A program made the translations under genes and the position numbers. The notes below the pieces were generated by a model. That model saw only the letters and a list, made by a program, of their open reading frames with translations. It made no database searches and was not told the DNA's origin. From assembly GCA_012295275.1 (NCBI GenBank), contig CM022665.1, forward strand, positions 34,410,001-34,474,000: 64,000 nucleotides of DNA. Direction: 5' to 3'. Positions 27,601 to 42,265 of this stretch are shown here, piece after piece (positions within the stretch are counted from its first letter, which is position 1; each line of letters starts with the position of its first letter). Origin of the DNA: Chrysomallon squamiferum. Its lineage: Eukaryota; Animalia; Mollusca.

Positions 27601-30600
27601 TAATTGTGTACCTTTAAAAGCAGAATCATATGAAATGCTGATAAAATCATGATATTAAATACACCAAAAGCAACTTCTTAATATACTGCTGCAGTGTACC
27701 AAAATAGAACCATTATGATTAAATCACAAGCTAAGAATCTGAATAAAAAACAAAACTTGGAAGAGATATGTAGTTTATTTTTAAACAGCTATTTTTTCCC
27801 CCCATTATATATAATTATAGATTTATCATCAAAAGAGAAATGAAAAGAAAAATAAAAATCCTTAAATGCAATTTTTGGAAGCCAGATTTTGTAACTCATA
27901 AATATTAAAATAAAAATTTGATAAGCTGTTAATCCTAACAACAATAATGACATTATTTTTAAATGGAAAATAGTAATTAAGAAATTATATTTAATTCAAG
28001 ACTGAGTGTATTGTGCTAATTTTTTCATAAACATATGGAAAAATAGTGAAAAATGTCATATTTCTGCACTGAATAATTTACTTGTCAATCTGTTTAGTTT
28101 ACAAGAACCATTAAAATGAGAAACAATGAAGAAAAAATGTTCATTTAAAAACCTTCATTTGAAAATGTCAGTACAACACATTTACATTTATGTAATTATC
28201 ACACACACACACACACACATTTAGTAGAAAAAATTTAAATTAAAGTTTATAATGAATATATATATTTATACATGTATATATAATTGTGGGTTGTTTTTTA
28301 CATGTAGACCTATCTGTTACATAATTAATAAATTTTGTTGGCTAAGAAATCAAGCTTGTCTGAAAACAACAACAGGAAATTTGTGATAACATGCTCAGAA
28401 CAATGACCCCACATGTTGACAGAACTGACCAACAGTCCAGTCAAAGTAATTGTCACAGCATTTCTCTGTAACAGGTATTTGTTTTGTCACATTTACTGTG
28501 AAGTCTGCTTCATACATAACTGTCATAAATGGCTTGCCAGTATGAGAACAATTTATTTTTTAATGAAATGTAGATGGTATGCAAGAAGAATGAATTGAAA
28601 CACTTTGAAAAGAATGATATATGTGTGTATGTGTGCATTTGAGGGTTTGTAAATAAATGAAAGGATTTTCAAATTAAAATTTTTAACTTATAAACATATT
28701 TGAAAATGAAAACATAATAGCTGAACAAAATATGTAGATATATACTCTAATGACCAAGAATTAAACACTGAAACAAATAAAATATTAGCAAAAATTAAAT
28801 TAGATAACAGGCTTTTCAAATGAATAGTTTTAATTTAAAAAAAAAAAATAATAATAAAAAAAGTTAAATAAATTATTTTCTGTAATACTTAGCCAGTAAT
28901 TTTAATATATAATAAATATATAAGTTTACAGAAAATCAAAACATTATGTTGCCAATTCTCCCTTATCTTTGAAAACACCTACCAAATTTGCTTGGACCAA
29001 TGCTTAGAAAAAAAATATAATATTAATACAACAAATACTGTCAACAAAAAATAATAAATATGCTTGTACAGCTGTCAAGCTGAATCAAACATATATCTGT
29101 ATCCAACAGTGTAAATAAAAGTGAGGTCAATGAAAGACCACTATGTGTTTTCATGGAACAGAGTTAGAAAAATTCAACAGCAGAACAAATTGGAAGGAAA
29201 ATAGAATTTTGGTACAGAAATCATGGATACAGAAAATATTTTTTTTTAAAGAAAATTTATTAATTTAATAGTAATTAGAAATTAAATTTGGATATACAGA
29301 AAAAAACTAAACGAATAAAAGCTCAACAAAAATAATTAAATCATCAGAAGTAATGACTTGAAATAAATTTTATGAAGTAAGATGTAATAGTTCAGTGTTT
29401 TTGATAATAATTAAGTGAATCAAAATAATCTTCTTCTTTTTTTCTCTATGTCATGGGGCCCACACCTTTAAACATCTTGTATGTTTTATTAAGGCTCAGT
29501 CTAGGGTAACAAGGTGCTTTAAGGGCCACCTAACAAGGAATATAAATGCTAAATTGACAGCAATCTATATAAATCAGTAAGTCTATCCATCCACTAGAGA
29601 AATAAACACAACACCAGTTAAGGTTTATGTTAATTATTTAATTATGATATACAGGTGACTTGATAATAATACATTATACAATCATAAAACATATGTTTAA
29701 GTAATTTTGATTAATGATACGAGTAAGGTCATACGGGGAACCAAGACAAAATAAGAATCTGCATGGAGGACAGATTAAAACATTAAAATTTCAGGTATAA
29801 TAAATGTTACTGACACAGTTTAATTGCACATTACACCCTATCAAAATAAGAATAGGCAATTGCTTAACATACTCGTCTGTAAAGACAATGTCATTCAAAA
29901 ACATTGGTTTCCCTGCCTGACTGAGCTTTCGCCTTAATTTTTTCCTTCACTGCTTAATTACCAAATGCCAACCTTTTTATAACAATGCCATGGAGTTGAA
30001 AAATTGGCAGAAATAATAAAAAGTGTGGATGTGATTGAGGTTACAATTAAAGTTATGCAATTTCAATTCCATCGCATAAAAATAAAAAAAGCAAATGTGA
30101 TTGAAGTAACAATCTGAATTCTGCGACACTCTAATATACCAGAAAGCTTTTAAACAATAATTATTTAAAAATAATTAATTACAAGTAAGTCATATACTAC
30201 TGTATCAAACAGCAGTCTATCAGATCAGGAATTATTACCACTGAAAACGGTCCTTTAAGTTATAAAGAATAAATAATTTTCTTTCAGAGTTAATGTAAAA
30301 CAGAGATAACCAAGAGACTGTCTTTGTGAAAAAAGTAAAATTCATGACAACTGTGCAGTCAGAGTACTGACCTTGTTATTAACAACATAAATTGTCAAGC
30401 CAGATATGTTACCTTCACTGACTTGTCTGTGCCAATAGTAGTATCTCCTGTTTTATCTCTTGTTATTGTTTAACACTCTGTCTCACAGACAAAGTATAAA
30501 TCAGTCCACCTAGTGTGATAGTTCATCTCTGATGTGACAAAAGAATGATAAATGTAATGTTATTGTGTATGTAAAACTAATTTGGGGTCTGTGTGTATTT

Positions 30601-30983
30601 TTCTATCTGGTCTGTTGGGCACAAATTTGATAAAATCTATATCCTTTTTCCTTTATCTATTTATAATGACTGCACCAAAAATGGGGGTGGGGAAATTAAA
30701 AAAAAAAAAAAATTAAAAAAACAATTAAAGAACAGAATTCATGGGATAAATGAAAATGTGCAATAACAATGTTATATAATTTTAGACAATATAAATTTAA
30801 AATGACCAAAAAACATACATGCAATCATTTTTGATTAATAAAAATATTATTTTTAAAATAGCCCTATCATTTACAACATTATTATGAATAATAATTATGT
30901 TTCATTATTTTCCTTATGATAGTCTCAGCTGGATCCTTATTACCAGTTAAGGACATAATGAAATTTGAGAACAGTCAGAAATG

Positions 30984-31015
<32 letters not shown>

Positions 31016-33693
31016 GAAGATAATAAATAAAAGAAAAGAAAAGAAATTAAAAGAATAAGAAGAATATTTAAACACAAAATAATATTTTTTTTTTTTTTTT
31101 TTTTAAATTTAACAAAATAAAAAAATAATAATATAAATTATGCAGAGAATCCTATAATTTAAAATAATTTCATGAATAGTAATAGGTTTCATTATTATCC
31201 CTATGGCATTCTCAACTGGAAACTTATTAAGGCACACTATGGTTAGATATTTTATTCAGTGTTTATATCTGAACCAGACCTGGCAGATGAACAAATTATA
31301 AATGACCCACTTTTTGTTATCAGTGTTGAGTCACATGTCATAAAGGCAGAGATCATTTGCTCCATTAAACTGCAAAACCCATTTAACTTGTACATCTTTG
31401 TGGAAAATTCTAAGATTATACAAAATGAAAACACAATTACTTGCATGAACAGCTAAATACCACCTCACCAAATGTCAAGTGAAAAATACACTAACAGTTT
31501 CAATAAAGGAAAGTTCTATTTGTTGTTATATCAAATTTTGTCATTATTATTCACAAATAATGACACAAAAGATGTTTTATATTGGTGTATAGTCATATTA
31601 AAAAGAAAATACAGTGAAGAGTCAAAAAGGAAAATACATTGTATGGTCAGTACTAGGATCAGAAATTAGCTGTGATTTTCCTCTTTATTATTTTGGTTCA
31701 AACATTCCTAATCCTTTCAGACAAAAAAAAGAAAAAAGAGAGAAAAAAAACAAGGAAGCTTTTTATATTTTTTCATTAGCAAAGAATCTTTTTATATACA
31801 CTTTCCCATGAACAGCAAAGGGAAAGAGACCATCACTGTAACAAAATGAACATTAGCCTGATAAAGCTTTTTATTAAGTCACACAACACATGCAACCTCA
31901 TACACATGCACATACAAGTACACACAATATTCATATTCATATTTACAAGAATAAATATTATAATAATTCTTAAAAATTAATAAACAAATGGTGGACTTAA
32001 CTGTTTGAAAACTAGACATCTGAATGAAAGTATTGTTAAGTGAAAAAATAATCAGTAGCTGAATACAACACAATCATTGAACACATTAAAATGAATGACA
32101 AGAAATTTTCTAAAATAAGTTATCAAATTAAATTATAACAACCGATGCAGCAACATCACCAGCAACATGTTTATTAAAAAATAAATTGAAATTATATATT
32201 TATCATGCATAATGGTATGTAATTTCTATTACTTAACATTTTCATGTCATTATGTATAAGAAAGGCTTCGTCTGTAATATATATGGGTATTTTTATGTGT
32301 ATTTAATTATATATATATTTTTTTATAAATCTGTTTGTTATGAAAAGGGAAGTGTATGTTTAATTTTTTGAATGTCCTTGATCTACCTTAGGTTGTGTGT
32401 ACCTTAAACCTTTTAACAAACATCTGTTGCTCTAGGGATGATGCTTAACAAAGTGTACAGCCACTTTGTATCAGTCCAGTGAGAACACCCATGCTGAGAG
32501 CTTGTAATGGAAACTGGCAACATCTGTACATACAGATTATTCCATTGTGACATAATTTATCACTAATGAAAAATTTCTAATCATTTAAAACAATTAGGAT
32601 GTTCTTTTGGAATAATAAATACATTCAGCTTTGTTTTAATTTTCAGTAATAAATTATTAAGTAATGGATTAACAAAAACATGGATACATTATGATGGGTT
32701 TATAGTAATACATTATTATATATTTTATCCTCACTCTCTCAACTCCCTCCCTTCCCTGCTGTCCCCCACTTTCTCTGAAACTGTGTCTACCCATTTGACT
32801 ATATTCCTCTTTAAATAATCTCCAAGTTCTTATATATATACCTGTATATCTACATAAGTAATACACCAATATCACTAAAGATCAGTTAATAACAAATAAC
32901 ACACTTCCCAAAATTAACATAAAAAGTATGATACAGTAATATACAAATGATTAACTATTTTGGAAATATATTCCTATAAAATAAACATATCATTCAGGAA
33001 AACTCTTACATTATATTACTTTACCTGAATGGGACTTAGCTATAATATGTCATCAACAGGTGTTTTTCACTTGTGACATGATAATCCACAGAGTATATAC
33101 AATGTATGTCCAAATAAAAACAAACCTCACTGTACTTAAAATACAGTCAGATGGCTTGATACAACAGTGTAGTGACACTTTTATTTTCAAAACTACACAA
33201 ACTAAATGAACATGCCTCCATGTACACGGACATGTTAAACTGTCGTTGTATACTAAAGCAGATAATTGAAGAGTCTCTCCAGTAATAGACTGGTTGGCAA
33301 TGTGCCAGGTACTTCCTTAGCCATTCAAAGTCACAGCAGCTCAGAAATGTTAATGTTGTTTTCCCTTCACTGAACAGGAGATGACTGAACATTCAGTAGT
33401 TTTGTAAAACACACATTGTTTAAAATTTACATTTTTCACAGAAAAAAATATTTTTAAAATATATAAAATATGACCTAATTAAATACAGTTACAGTAATAC
33501 ATAATTATAATTATATATAAATTTTCTTTCTCTGGGATAATGATCAGCATTTCCCTGTTTGAATGTACTGTAATAATCATCATTTTCTATTATTACTTAA
33601 TTATATTATTACAAAATAACTACAATAATAACATATATGAAATACAGTCATATATAATATATGTCTCTGTTTTTAGTTTAATTTTATCTCATA

Positions 33694-33724
<31 letters not shown>

Positions 33725-36398
33725 ATAGTATTAAAAAACCCACATAAAATTGCCCAGTTAAATCTGAAAATACTCATTAGTAATTAATTTACATAAAAAT
33801 AAAAAGCTTTTGGGATTTTTAAAACACAAAAAGTAAAAGCAACATACATCACTTAAACATAACATCTCTTAGTGATTAACAACATGTCCTGTTGTTTATG
33901 CCTCTGGGGTCAACTGTTGCTCACAGCTTCATCATATCAATTTCCTTCCCACTGACAACAGGTGACCCTGTCTGAACCCTAGTTAATAAATAGATTTAAA
34001 CTTTCTAATTCTGGACAAGAAAACTAGTTTACAAAAAAGTAAACTAAATTAGTATAACTACTTTTCTGAAATTGATAAATATTGATATCCATAAGTATTT
34101 CATAAAATTTTAAAATTTACAGTATTGAGATTAAAGGAAACATCTCTCTCTCTCTCTCTTATACACACACACATTAAAAATATATTGAAATATTATAAAA
34201 AAATATATATATATTATAAAATTAAAATCCATTAAAATTTCTGAATAATATTTATCATTCAGTTGAAAGATATTTTGATGGTGAACTGATTTTTTACAAA
34301 ATAATAAAATATAAAAAATAACTGAATTAAACCCACTGAACTGATAAATATCAGCAATTTATAAAAAAAAAAAAAAAATTAACTTCTAGAAAAACATAAA
34401 ATTACACCATTTCTCTCATTAACAACAGAATATTATCTTTCACTAGTATGATAATAATAATAACAATAATACATGTAATTAGTTTAACAGCTCAAAGAGC
34501 ATAAGCCTGCCAGTTGCAAACATAGCCATTCATCACCACTGTCATAATTATTTAACTAGTGGCTTGTTGAAAATGGTGCACCCAAGTAACCTATTAAAGG
34601 TTGGGCAAAATCTATTAATTATTGTGTACATAATAGTGTTTATCTCTGTGCTGTATAGATGTGCTATGATGTGCATGCATGTAAATCACAGATACTTTTT
34701 ATTTTCATATTAAGACATTATTATAATTTTGTAAAAAAAAATTAACATGTGACTCATACATTTCACACTTCACAGACACACTTTTAAAAGAAAAGTCTAG
34801 AAGAAGACAAGGTGTCTGTAGATTTAAAATTCACAATAAAACATAAATAAAATAATAGGGTTGTCTTAGTATCGTGCTGCTGTAAATCAAGTTACAGTGC
34901 ACGTGGTTCAGCAACTTTTTTCCACTTCACTAAGCATCATCAAATTTCTCTGCCCTATGGGGTAAGTTAATTAATTGATATGTGCTGCATGTATTCAGTA
35001 AATAAGTCATTATGAAGACATGCTATTTGTAAGTATTATTCATATTTCCTTAGGCAGCTGGGACAGTTTACTATGATTTCCCAAATATTTTGTAAGTAAA
35101 ATAATAAACATATTTCATAATAAAAATAATAAACATAGCATTTTTTATTTGTTTTCTTACATGTGAATAAATTCTATGGATTTTTCAGTTTATCAACATT
35201 CATCATCAAGTTTGTAAATGTTCATTAACAACAAAATCTACAGTTAACACTTTATTTTTATTGCTGACTGTTCCGTTTTTGAGGTAAGGTAACATTTGCT
35301 TTAGTACTGAAATGTTAATAATCATTCAAAGAACAAATACATTTTACCTAGCAATATGGTTTCAGTTTAGTATTTTATGTTAAATAAGGCTTATTACAAA
35401 GAAAAGCTTATGAAACACCAGCAAAAGAAAATACCATATAAAATGGATTTTAATCAATATAAAAATTTAAACAAAGGAATAAAATAATAATGATAATAAT
35501 AATAAAAAATTCTTACAAACAATAAAGAATAAAATTAAAAAATTAAATACTTAAAATATTTAGAAATATAAATATAAAACTATTATTTACTCATTACTTT
35601 AGTCTTTATCAAACAGATAAGTCTCAATGTTTGCCAAAAACAATTGGTATCAAATGGACTTGTCCATTTATGATTAAAACAAATTACATGCACTCAAAAG
35701 CACATTACAATGTCTTTAACATTCTAAATTATTCAGGTAATGTTGATACCATACTTAATTGCAAAGTTGTATGGGACTGATGAAAATGGAAGGTAGAAAT
35801 GTTTTTGGCAAACAAGTTTTCATTTTTCTCTTCATCTGTTCCATGTTAGTAGGATAAAGATATTTTCTGCTGAAAACCTCTACTAATTTACAGAACAACT
35901 ATTTAATACTATTTGAAAGTGCCTCCCTGAAATACTATGGAATTTCAGTTTTATGAGAAAAATTTCTACTAATGTTTGTTATCATGGCAGTTATCTATGG
36001 TGCCAACATCTTGTGATTCCACATTAATAATTATAAAGAAGGACTGCACACATAAGGGACTGTGCTAAGTGTTATTACTGCATGGATGATTTTTGTTTAT
36101 CATCATAATTAATAGTTGTTGTAGTATTATAAACTACTAGAGTTTCTGTATAAAATTATTTTCTTTTTTAATATTTAACTCATTTGAATAGATCATTATA
36201 TATTAAAACAAAATTAAAATCTTAACAATTCCATTAAACGTAATGATAAAATAAATTGCCAAATTTATTTATTATTATTATTATTAATTTCTTTCTTTAA
36301 TTTTTTATTTCTAAAATGTATTAAAGATATCTTCAAGATTATTCTCTATAACAAAACAAAAATCTAAATAATCAAACTGTTTCCACAATATATTTGTA

Positions 36399-36532
36399 TT
36401 CCACAACTGGCATATGAAAGAACATGGTATATCTTTTCCTCCTTGTGGAAAAGTACATATAAAAAATGATTTGCTGATAATAAAAAAAGTTAGCTTACTG
36501 AGTAGCTGTGGTGGTTTTCCTCTCTAGAATAT
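36399..36532 (+). mobile_element. Degenerate MESC-type SINE fragment
   Basis: ccacaactggcatatgaaag...atggtatat...tgtggaaaagtacatataaaaa...ttgctgataat...gttagc...ggttttcctctct follows the recalled MESC core and tail. Confidence 0.6.
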
Positions 36533-37459
36533 CATCATTAAAATAATAATTTAAAAAAACGGCGGACCGCATATTGCCATCTAATCAAAGTTAAAACATG
36601 TTTTAAAATGTATTGAGATTATGTAAAAAAAAAAAAAAAAATTTTATTTTGATGGTACAAGGAAATATTTCTTTAAATAATTGGAAAATGTCATTATTGA
36701 ATACATATAGCTATCTGAATGTCTGTATTGTTTCTTAGATCTTATATATATATATATATATATTTATATGTAATAGCTTATGTATCAAAGTAAACTGAGT
36801 ATTTTTGACAGAAGTAATAACAATAAGGAAAGAGGAAGAGGTAGATTAAGGTTGAAAAAGAGAGAAAATGTGGGCAGAAAATAGTGAAATAAAGAAAGAA
36901 AGAGTGATAAGGGGAATGTTGTAATAATTAATTTACCTCCATATCTGGAACAATTCCATAATCCAAAACATTTTTTGCATAATGAATCCTGTCTTCCACT
37001 GCACCATTTGAAATATTAAACTGGCAAAACATTACACTGTTCAACATTTACACGAAGGATTTATCCCTATTAAAGATTATTGCTTAAATGTGTAAGTTAA
37101 ATTATTTCTGTTTGAATACAAATTGAAAACTGATCTGTGATTAACACAGTTGAAAACATTTTAACAAAGGATTATGAACAAATGAAATAACTTTTGTCAC
37201 TATTCACACTCTCTGATGGTTATCATAATGTATTTTGATCGAGGATCTTGGATTTATCAGTTATGTTTTCAGAACGAATGGTAAAACATATCAACATATT
37301 AAAAAGTAGAGAACTGAAATATTTACACTTAAAATGATAACAGAAAGTCCTTTTTTTTCAAATGTGCTAATTCACAAGGACAGACACTGTTATTAAAAAA
37401 TTCCATCTAATGACCACTTTGATTATAAATAAAAGATAATTTTTTTAAGGATATTAAAA

Positions 37460-38022
37460 CGGTGGAACCTCAGGTTAGAACTTAATTCATTCCAGAACTC
37501 AGTTCATAAACAGAATTGTACATAAACCGAAGCAATGTCAGACACACGAATGCCACTCTCATGTTTTGCAATTCTTTCTTTCTTAACCTCTACTGTGATA
37601 CATTTATACTTTCCACCAGCATTATTGCTTTCACTTTCTGTTTTCTTGGGTGCCATATTGAATAGGGCATAATACAAAAATACACAAAAAGGCATAAACA
37701 CTTTAAAAAATGTGAATGCACAATCTCATTGCAAAAGCTGTTGAACTGCAACTGTGTACCAAAGACTAAAGGCCCTAATTCATGATACATATTTGCTGTA
37801 GGGCATGACTATAATCCTTACTTTGACTTGGTTTTGACATAAGTATTTATTCTTATCTTTACAAGATGTTGACATCAAAACCAGTGTCAAAAGAAAGCTT
37901 GTCCTGGCTGTAGTTTGTAACTCGGGACATTATTTGTAAACCAAGGCAAAAATTGCCCAAGATCATGGTATATAATCCGATTTGTTCATATTTTGAGGTG
38001 TTCATAACCTGAGGTTCCACTG
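37460..38022 (-). mobile_element. Internally deleted Tigger/pogo DNA transposon
   Basis: Terminal inverted repeats cggtggaacctcaggttagaac and gttcataacctgaggttccactg, followed by TA. Minus-strand peptide MAPKK...KCITVEVKKERIAKHESGIRVSDIASVY matches the CENP-B/psq HTH N-terminus of Tigger transposases. Confidence 0.88.
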
Positions 38023-38625
38023 TATAAGATTCTCTTACTGATCATGTTATGACAGTCTGTACGAACTTACATAACTACTAAGTGAAAGATCATTGCAATT
38101 ACTTATGATGTCCAGACTAAATTACTTTGAAGTTGCCTGGACATTTATGCATTATTATTTAATTTGAAGATAATTCTATCAGGAAAACTAATTCATCTGA
38201 TAAGAAGAAATCTGTGTTATTTAAAGAGGTCATATGAACAAAAAATAATTGCACATTCTGAGCAAAGAGCAGAAAACCAAACATGAATATGGTAATTATA
38301 TTCTACTGTTATTTAGACTCAGATTTTTTTTTATTAGCTATAGTAGTGGCAAAGAAATGAGGTTAGTTTTATATATTATCTTACTAATAATACAACACAC
38401 ACTATTATAACCACTATTATATCAGATTCAGTATATCTTCAAAAACATTTTATAATTAATGCAAACTGTATAATGAAAACAAATGATCTCATTTCTGTTT
38501 TAAAAAAACCCAACATAATAATAATTTACATCTCAAATATCAAAGAAGCAAAAGAAAAAGAAAAGAACCTCTGAAATAAATACAATTATAAAACTTACAA
38601 CTACCAAACAAACAAAAAAACAACT

Positions 38626-38657
<32 letters not shown>

Positions 38658-39107
38658 TAAAAATGCACTAAATTAACCCCCCAAAACAAAACAAATTATA
38701 TTGATGCCTTTTTCTTTAATTTAAAAACAGTTTTGCTCATTTTATGTTCATTTCATGTTCGAAAACATATAAAATACTTTTTCTCATTAATATGTACACC
38801 CTAAGCCCACCTATTTAATTTACTTTCTTTATATTTTCTTTCCCAAATAATCTAGAACAGATCTTTAAGATGTATAAAAGGATAAAAAGAAATACTAGAA
38901 TTTCAAAGATGCTATCAGAACAATTTGGTAGTGATGGATACAAATCTGCAGTTAGTTAATTAAAAATACAGTAACCTAAAAACAATGGATAACAGCATTC
39001 TTAAATTAAATTAAGAATTATAACATTAACTGGAAAAAGAAAAAAAAAGAAAAAAACAAATATATATATATTTACAAATCCTACAAAAATAGAAAAACAA
39101 TAAACAA

Positions 39108-39150
<43 letters not shown>

Positions 39151-40971
39151 AATAAAATTAAATAAATAAGATGCTATATTAAATATATAATTTTCTCTTA
39201 TGAAATATTAATTAAAATTTATAAAATTAATATACTGTGAAAAGACTAATTTTCCACAATCCAGCAAACAACTAAAACAGCTGATACTGAGCTTAGGACA
39301 CAGATCTATTAAAACATTACTAGAAAAATAAAAATACAACTGTTCCCTCTTAAATGAGACATTTAGTACCATGTTATCACAAGATAGACAAAACATTGGA
39401 AGAAAGCCCTCATCTGGGCTCTGAATGCTACCAGACAAGGAAAATACTTGCATACAAGTTAACAGGTTACGCCGAGTAGTTAAAATTTAACTTAGTGCAC
39501 AAAGAACCTCCCTAAAGTTTTGTTTCAAGAACAAAAAGATTCTTTAAAAACATTATCATTGCTATTGAAGACAAATGGCTTCAAACATGCATGAACCCTT
39601 TAGCAAATAGCAGTCATAAAAAATATTTCTTCCACTATCTCCTCGTAACAATGTAAAACTGACAGACATTATGTAACTACTCATCAGATACTGTAAGTTC
39701 AGAGCTAGTGGGGATAAGAGGATATATCTTCTTACCAACTGCAGATAATGTTTTATTCATTTCAAGAGTACAGCCATGATGACCAATTATATAAATTTAG
39801 CTTACATATATTAGATAGAAAATATCAAATGGATGAAAAACAACATATGAAAAAGAAAAATGTTATAATTCATGAATTTGATACATAGAACAAAAAGTCC
39901 TGAAACATACTTTTCTACATTTTATTTTTAAACAAAGAGCATAATATTTAAATTCATATTATTATGTTACTAGTAAATAAACAGTGATGTATCTTTAAAA
40001 AAGAAACTGAAAGGTTAATGACCCAACCTGTAATTAAAAATCTGTGTGAAACCTCTTTAACCAATGTTATTTAGAAAACATTCAACAAATGCTTTGGCTT
40101 CCTGATGGACCATGAAAGAGCAATATATATACGCACTTTGTTGCTGGTGAAGACCAAAATAAACCTTGATGTTCTAAAATGATATGTTGTTTTCTTAGTT
40201 CTTTGTTAACTCACTCTATTGGTTCTTGAATTAGATTATTTCTGAACACACATACAAATAAAAAACATTTAAAACTATGGAACTTGAAATAAAAACAGCA
40301 CTTCAAAAATGGTATTGTCTTGTTTTTCCTGCTGAAGTGCTCATTTGCTAGTAGTGAAACAGTGTATGGCTGTGTGGTTAATGGATTTGTGTGAATGTTT
40401 GGCAAAACTGAACACAACAGCAAAATAAAAGAAAAAAAGAAAAGAAAAGCACACATATTTGTCAAATGATACACAGACTTCAATTTTAGATTCCAAAACA
40501 AGCTACTTTACTTCATAATGGAAATTTATTTACTCAGATACTTGAGAAAAATAATCACAAACCTGATGAAAACAAAGCCTTGTTTAGTATTTATAACCTT
40601 AAACACAACATAAAAGAAAAAGTTAAGGTTTTATTTTCCTTGTATATAGTAATTTCTGTGTCAAGAAATGTTTGTGTCAGGACTATTAAATTGATGTTAA
40701 CTGGGTTTTCTTCCTGATTTGTCACATTTTCTTTTACCTTTAACTGATATTCATTATCATTATTATGTAACAAACACACATTTAATAGTTTTCATAATCA
40801 GCAACTGCTTGACTAATAAATAAAACAGAAAATATTAAATAATTTTTAAAAGCTTTTTCTAGAGAAATCCTATAGATTATGTTAGTGGATTAACTTTAAT
40901 CTGTCAATTTGATAAGAAACATAAAATTTGACCTAAATATATCTGTTTACAAACATGCAACGTAAAGTTAC

Positions 40972-40992
40972 CTTTCTGGAATCTAAGTACTC
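40972..40992 (-). CDS. Candidate 21-nt RIN microexon (EYLDSRK)
   Basis: gtctgtag|GAG...AAG|gtaact, phase 0-0, TGCATG just downstream. Confidence 0.35.
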
Positions 40993-42232
40993 CTACAGAC
41001 AACTGATAAAACTGTCCTTCTAGTTCATTTTAAAAAGTTATATTTGTTTAGCTGAATGTTATTATTTTTTAAAAATACCATTTATTTATTTTCTTAATTA
41101 CTTTATTACTTATGTCGATTTATTTAAAAAAACATTGAAAAATAACATCCTTATCCCTAAGTTATTATAAATATAATGATATATTTATAAAGCATGAAAA
41201 CATTTTTTAATAATAATAATAACAATTATAAATAAATAAAAACATCAGTGTAATAATTTACAGATAATATTAAAAATATAATTAAGAAATGAAAACTCAA
41301 ACATTAAAATTTTTTCTTTTTAAACATTCTTTCTAATTAAATTTTATAAATATTAAATCACACCCTCACATTTTATCTTTCAACCACACTCATACCCACA
41401 TGTATTACTTATGGTATAATTTTAGATGACATTTTATTCTGGTTCTTCTGACCCTAACTGCAGGTCAGTATTCCCATCCTGTGTATATCACACTATGTTT
41501 AAACTTTGGCTTGATTAGATAAAATACTGTTCTGCCTTTCTTGAAATGCAACTGATTTTGCAGAGTGGCCTAATGTTAAATATTACACTTATAAGTTTTG
41601 AAAATATATGTTTAAAAAATAGCTCCAGGTTAAATATATCAAGCCATTAATTTATATAAACTTTGTTAATGGTATTTTGCATACTAAAATGTTGGATTAG
41701 CCATTTGTTAACATTTTAAGAAGTACTATATGTGATCTGGCTGATTGATTGATTTACTTTAATTTTGATTTATTAATTAGAAAAAAAGCATTAATGAAAC
41801 TGTTGTTGCTACTATTATTTAGATAAAGCAAGAGAGAAATTTAATACGATTAGCATTAAAATAAAAATGTTTTCAAAAGTATCCAGTTTTAATAAATGAA
41901 CTTTCATAAATTGAAGAAGCATAATTAATTTGACAGATTGTATTCAGAATAATAAATTTGCAAAAAATTTACCATTAGTTTCTTAGGAATAGAAATTTAT
42001 ATATATAAATCTTTCTTAATTTACACATTAAATAATTCCTTTGAAGATAATAAATAAATAAATGAAAAGCTCAAAGTAGTTATAGCTAATTTTGAAAATG
42101 CTTCTTTTTTTTAATTTAAATTTTAAAGGTGAAAAAAAAAAAAATAATAAAAAAAGTCTAAAACCACAATACCAAAGTGCATATATAAATTTTGACTTTA
42201 TCTGCAGCAGACATCAAAATAAAAGCACTCAC

Positions 42233-42265
42233 CTGATGAAATTTCCTAGTCCTTGTTTGCTGCAT
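42233..42265 (-). CDS. Candidate RIN first coding exon (MQQTRTRKFHQ)
   Basis: atcATG...CAG|gtgagt; phase 0 matches the acceptor at 24631. Confidence 0.5.

Noticed and set aside
31252-31456. Overlapping 64-65 aa ORFs on both strands
   Set aside because: No phase-compatible splice sites or recognisable motif
33025-33039. Possible 15-nt RIN microexon LSPIQ
   Set aside because: The donor is acceptable but the polypyrimidine tract is weak, so chance cannot be excluded
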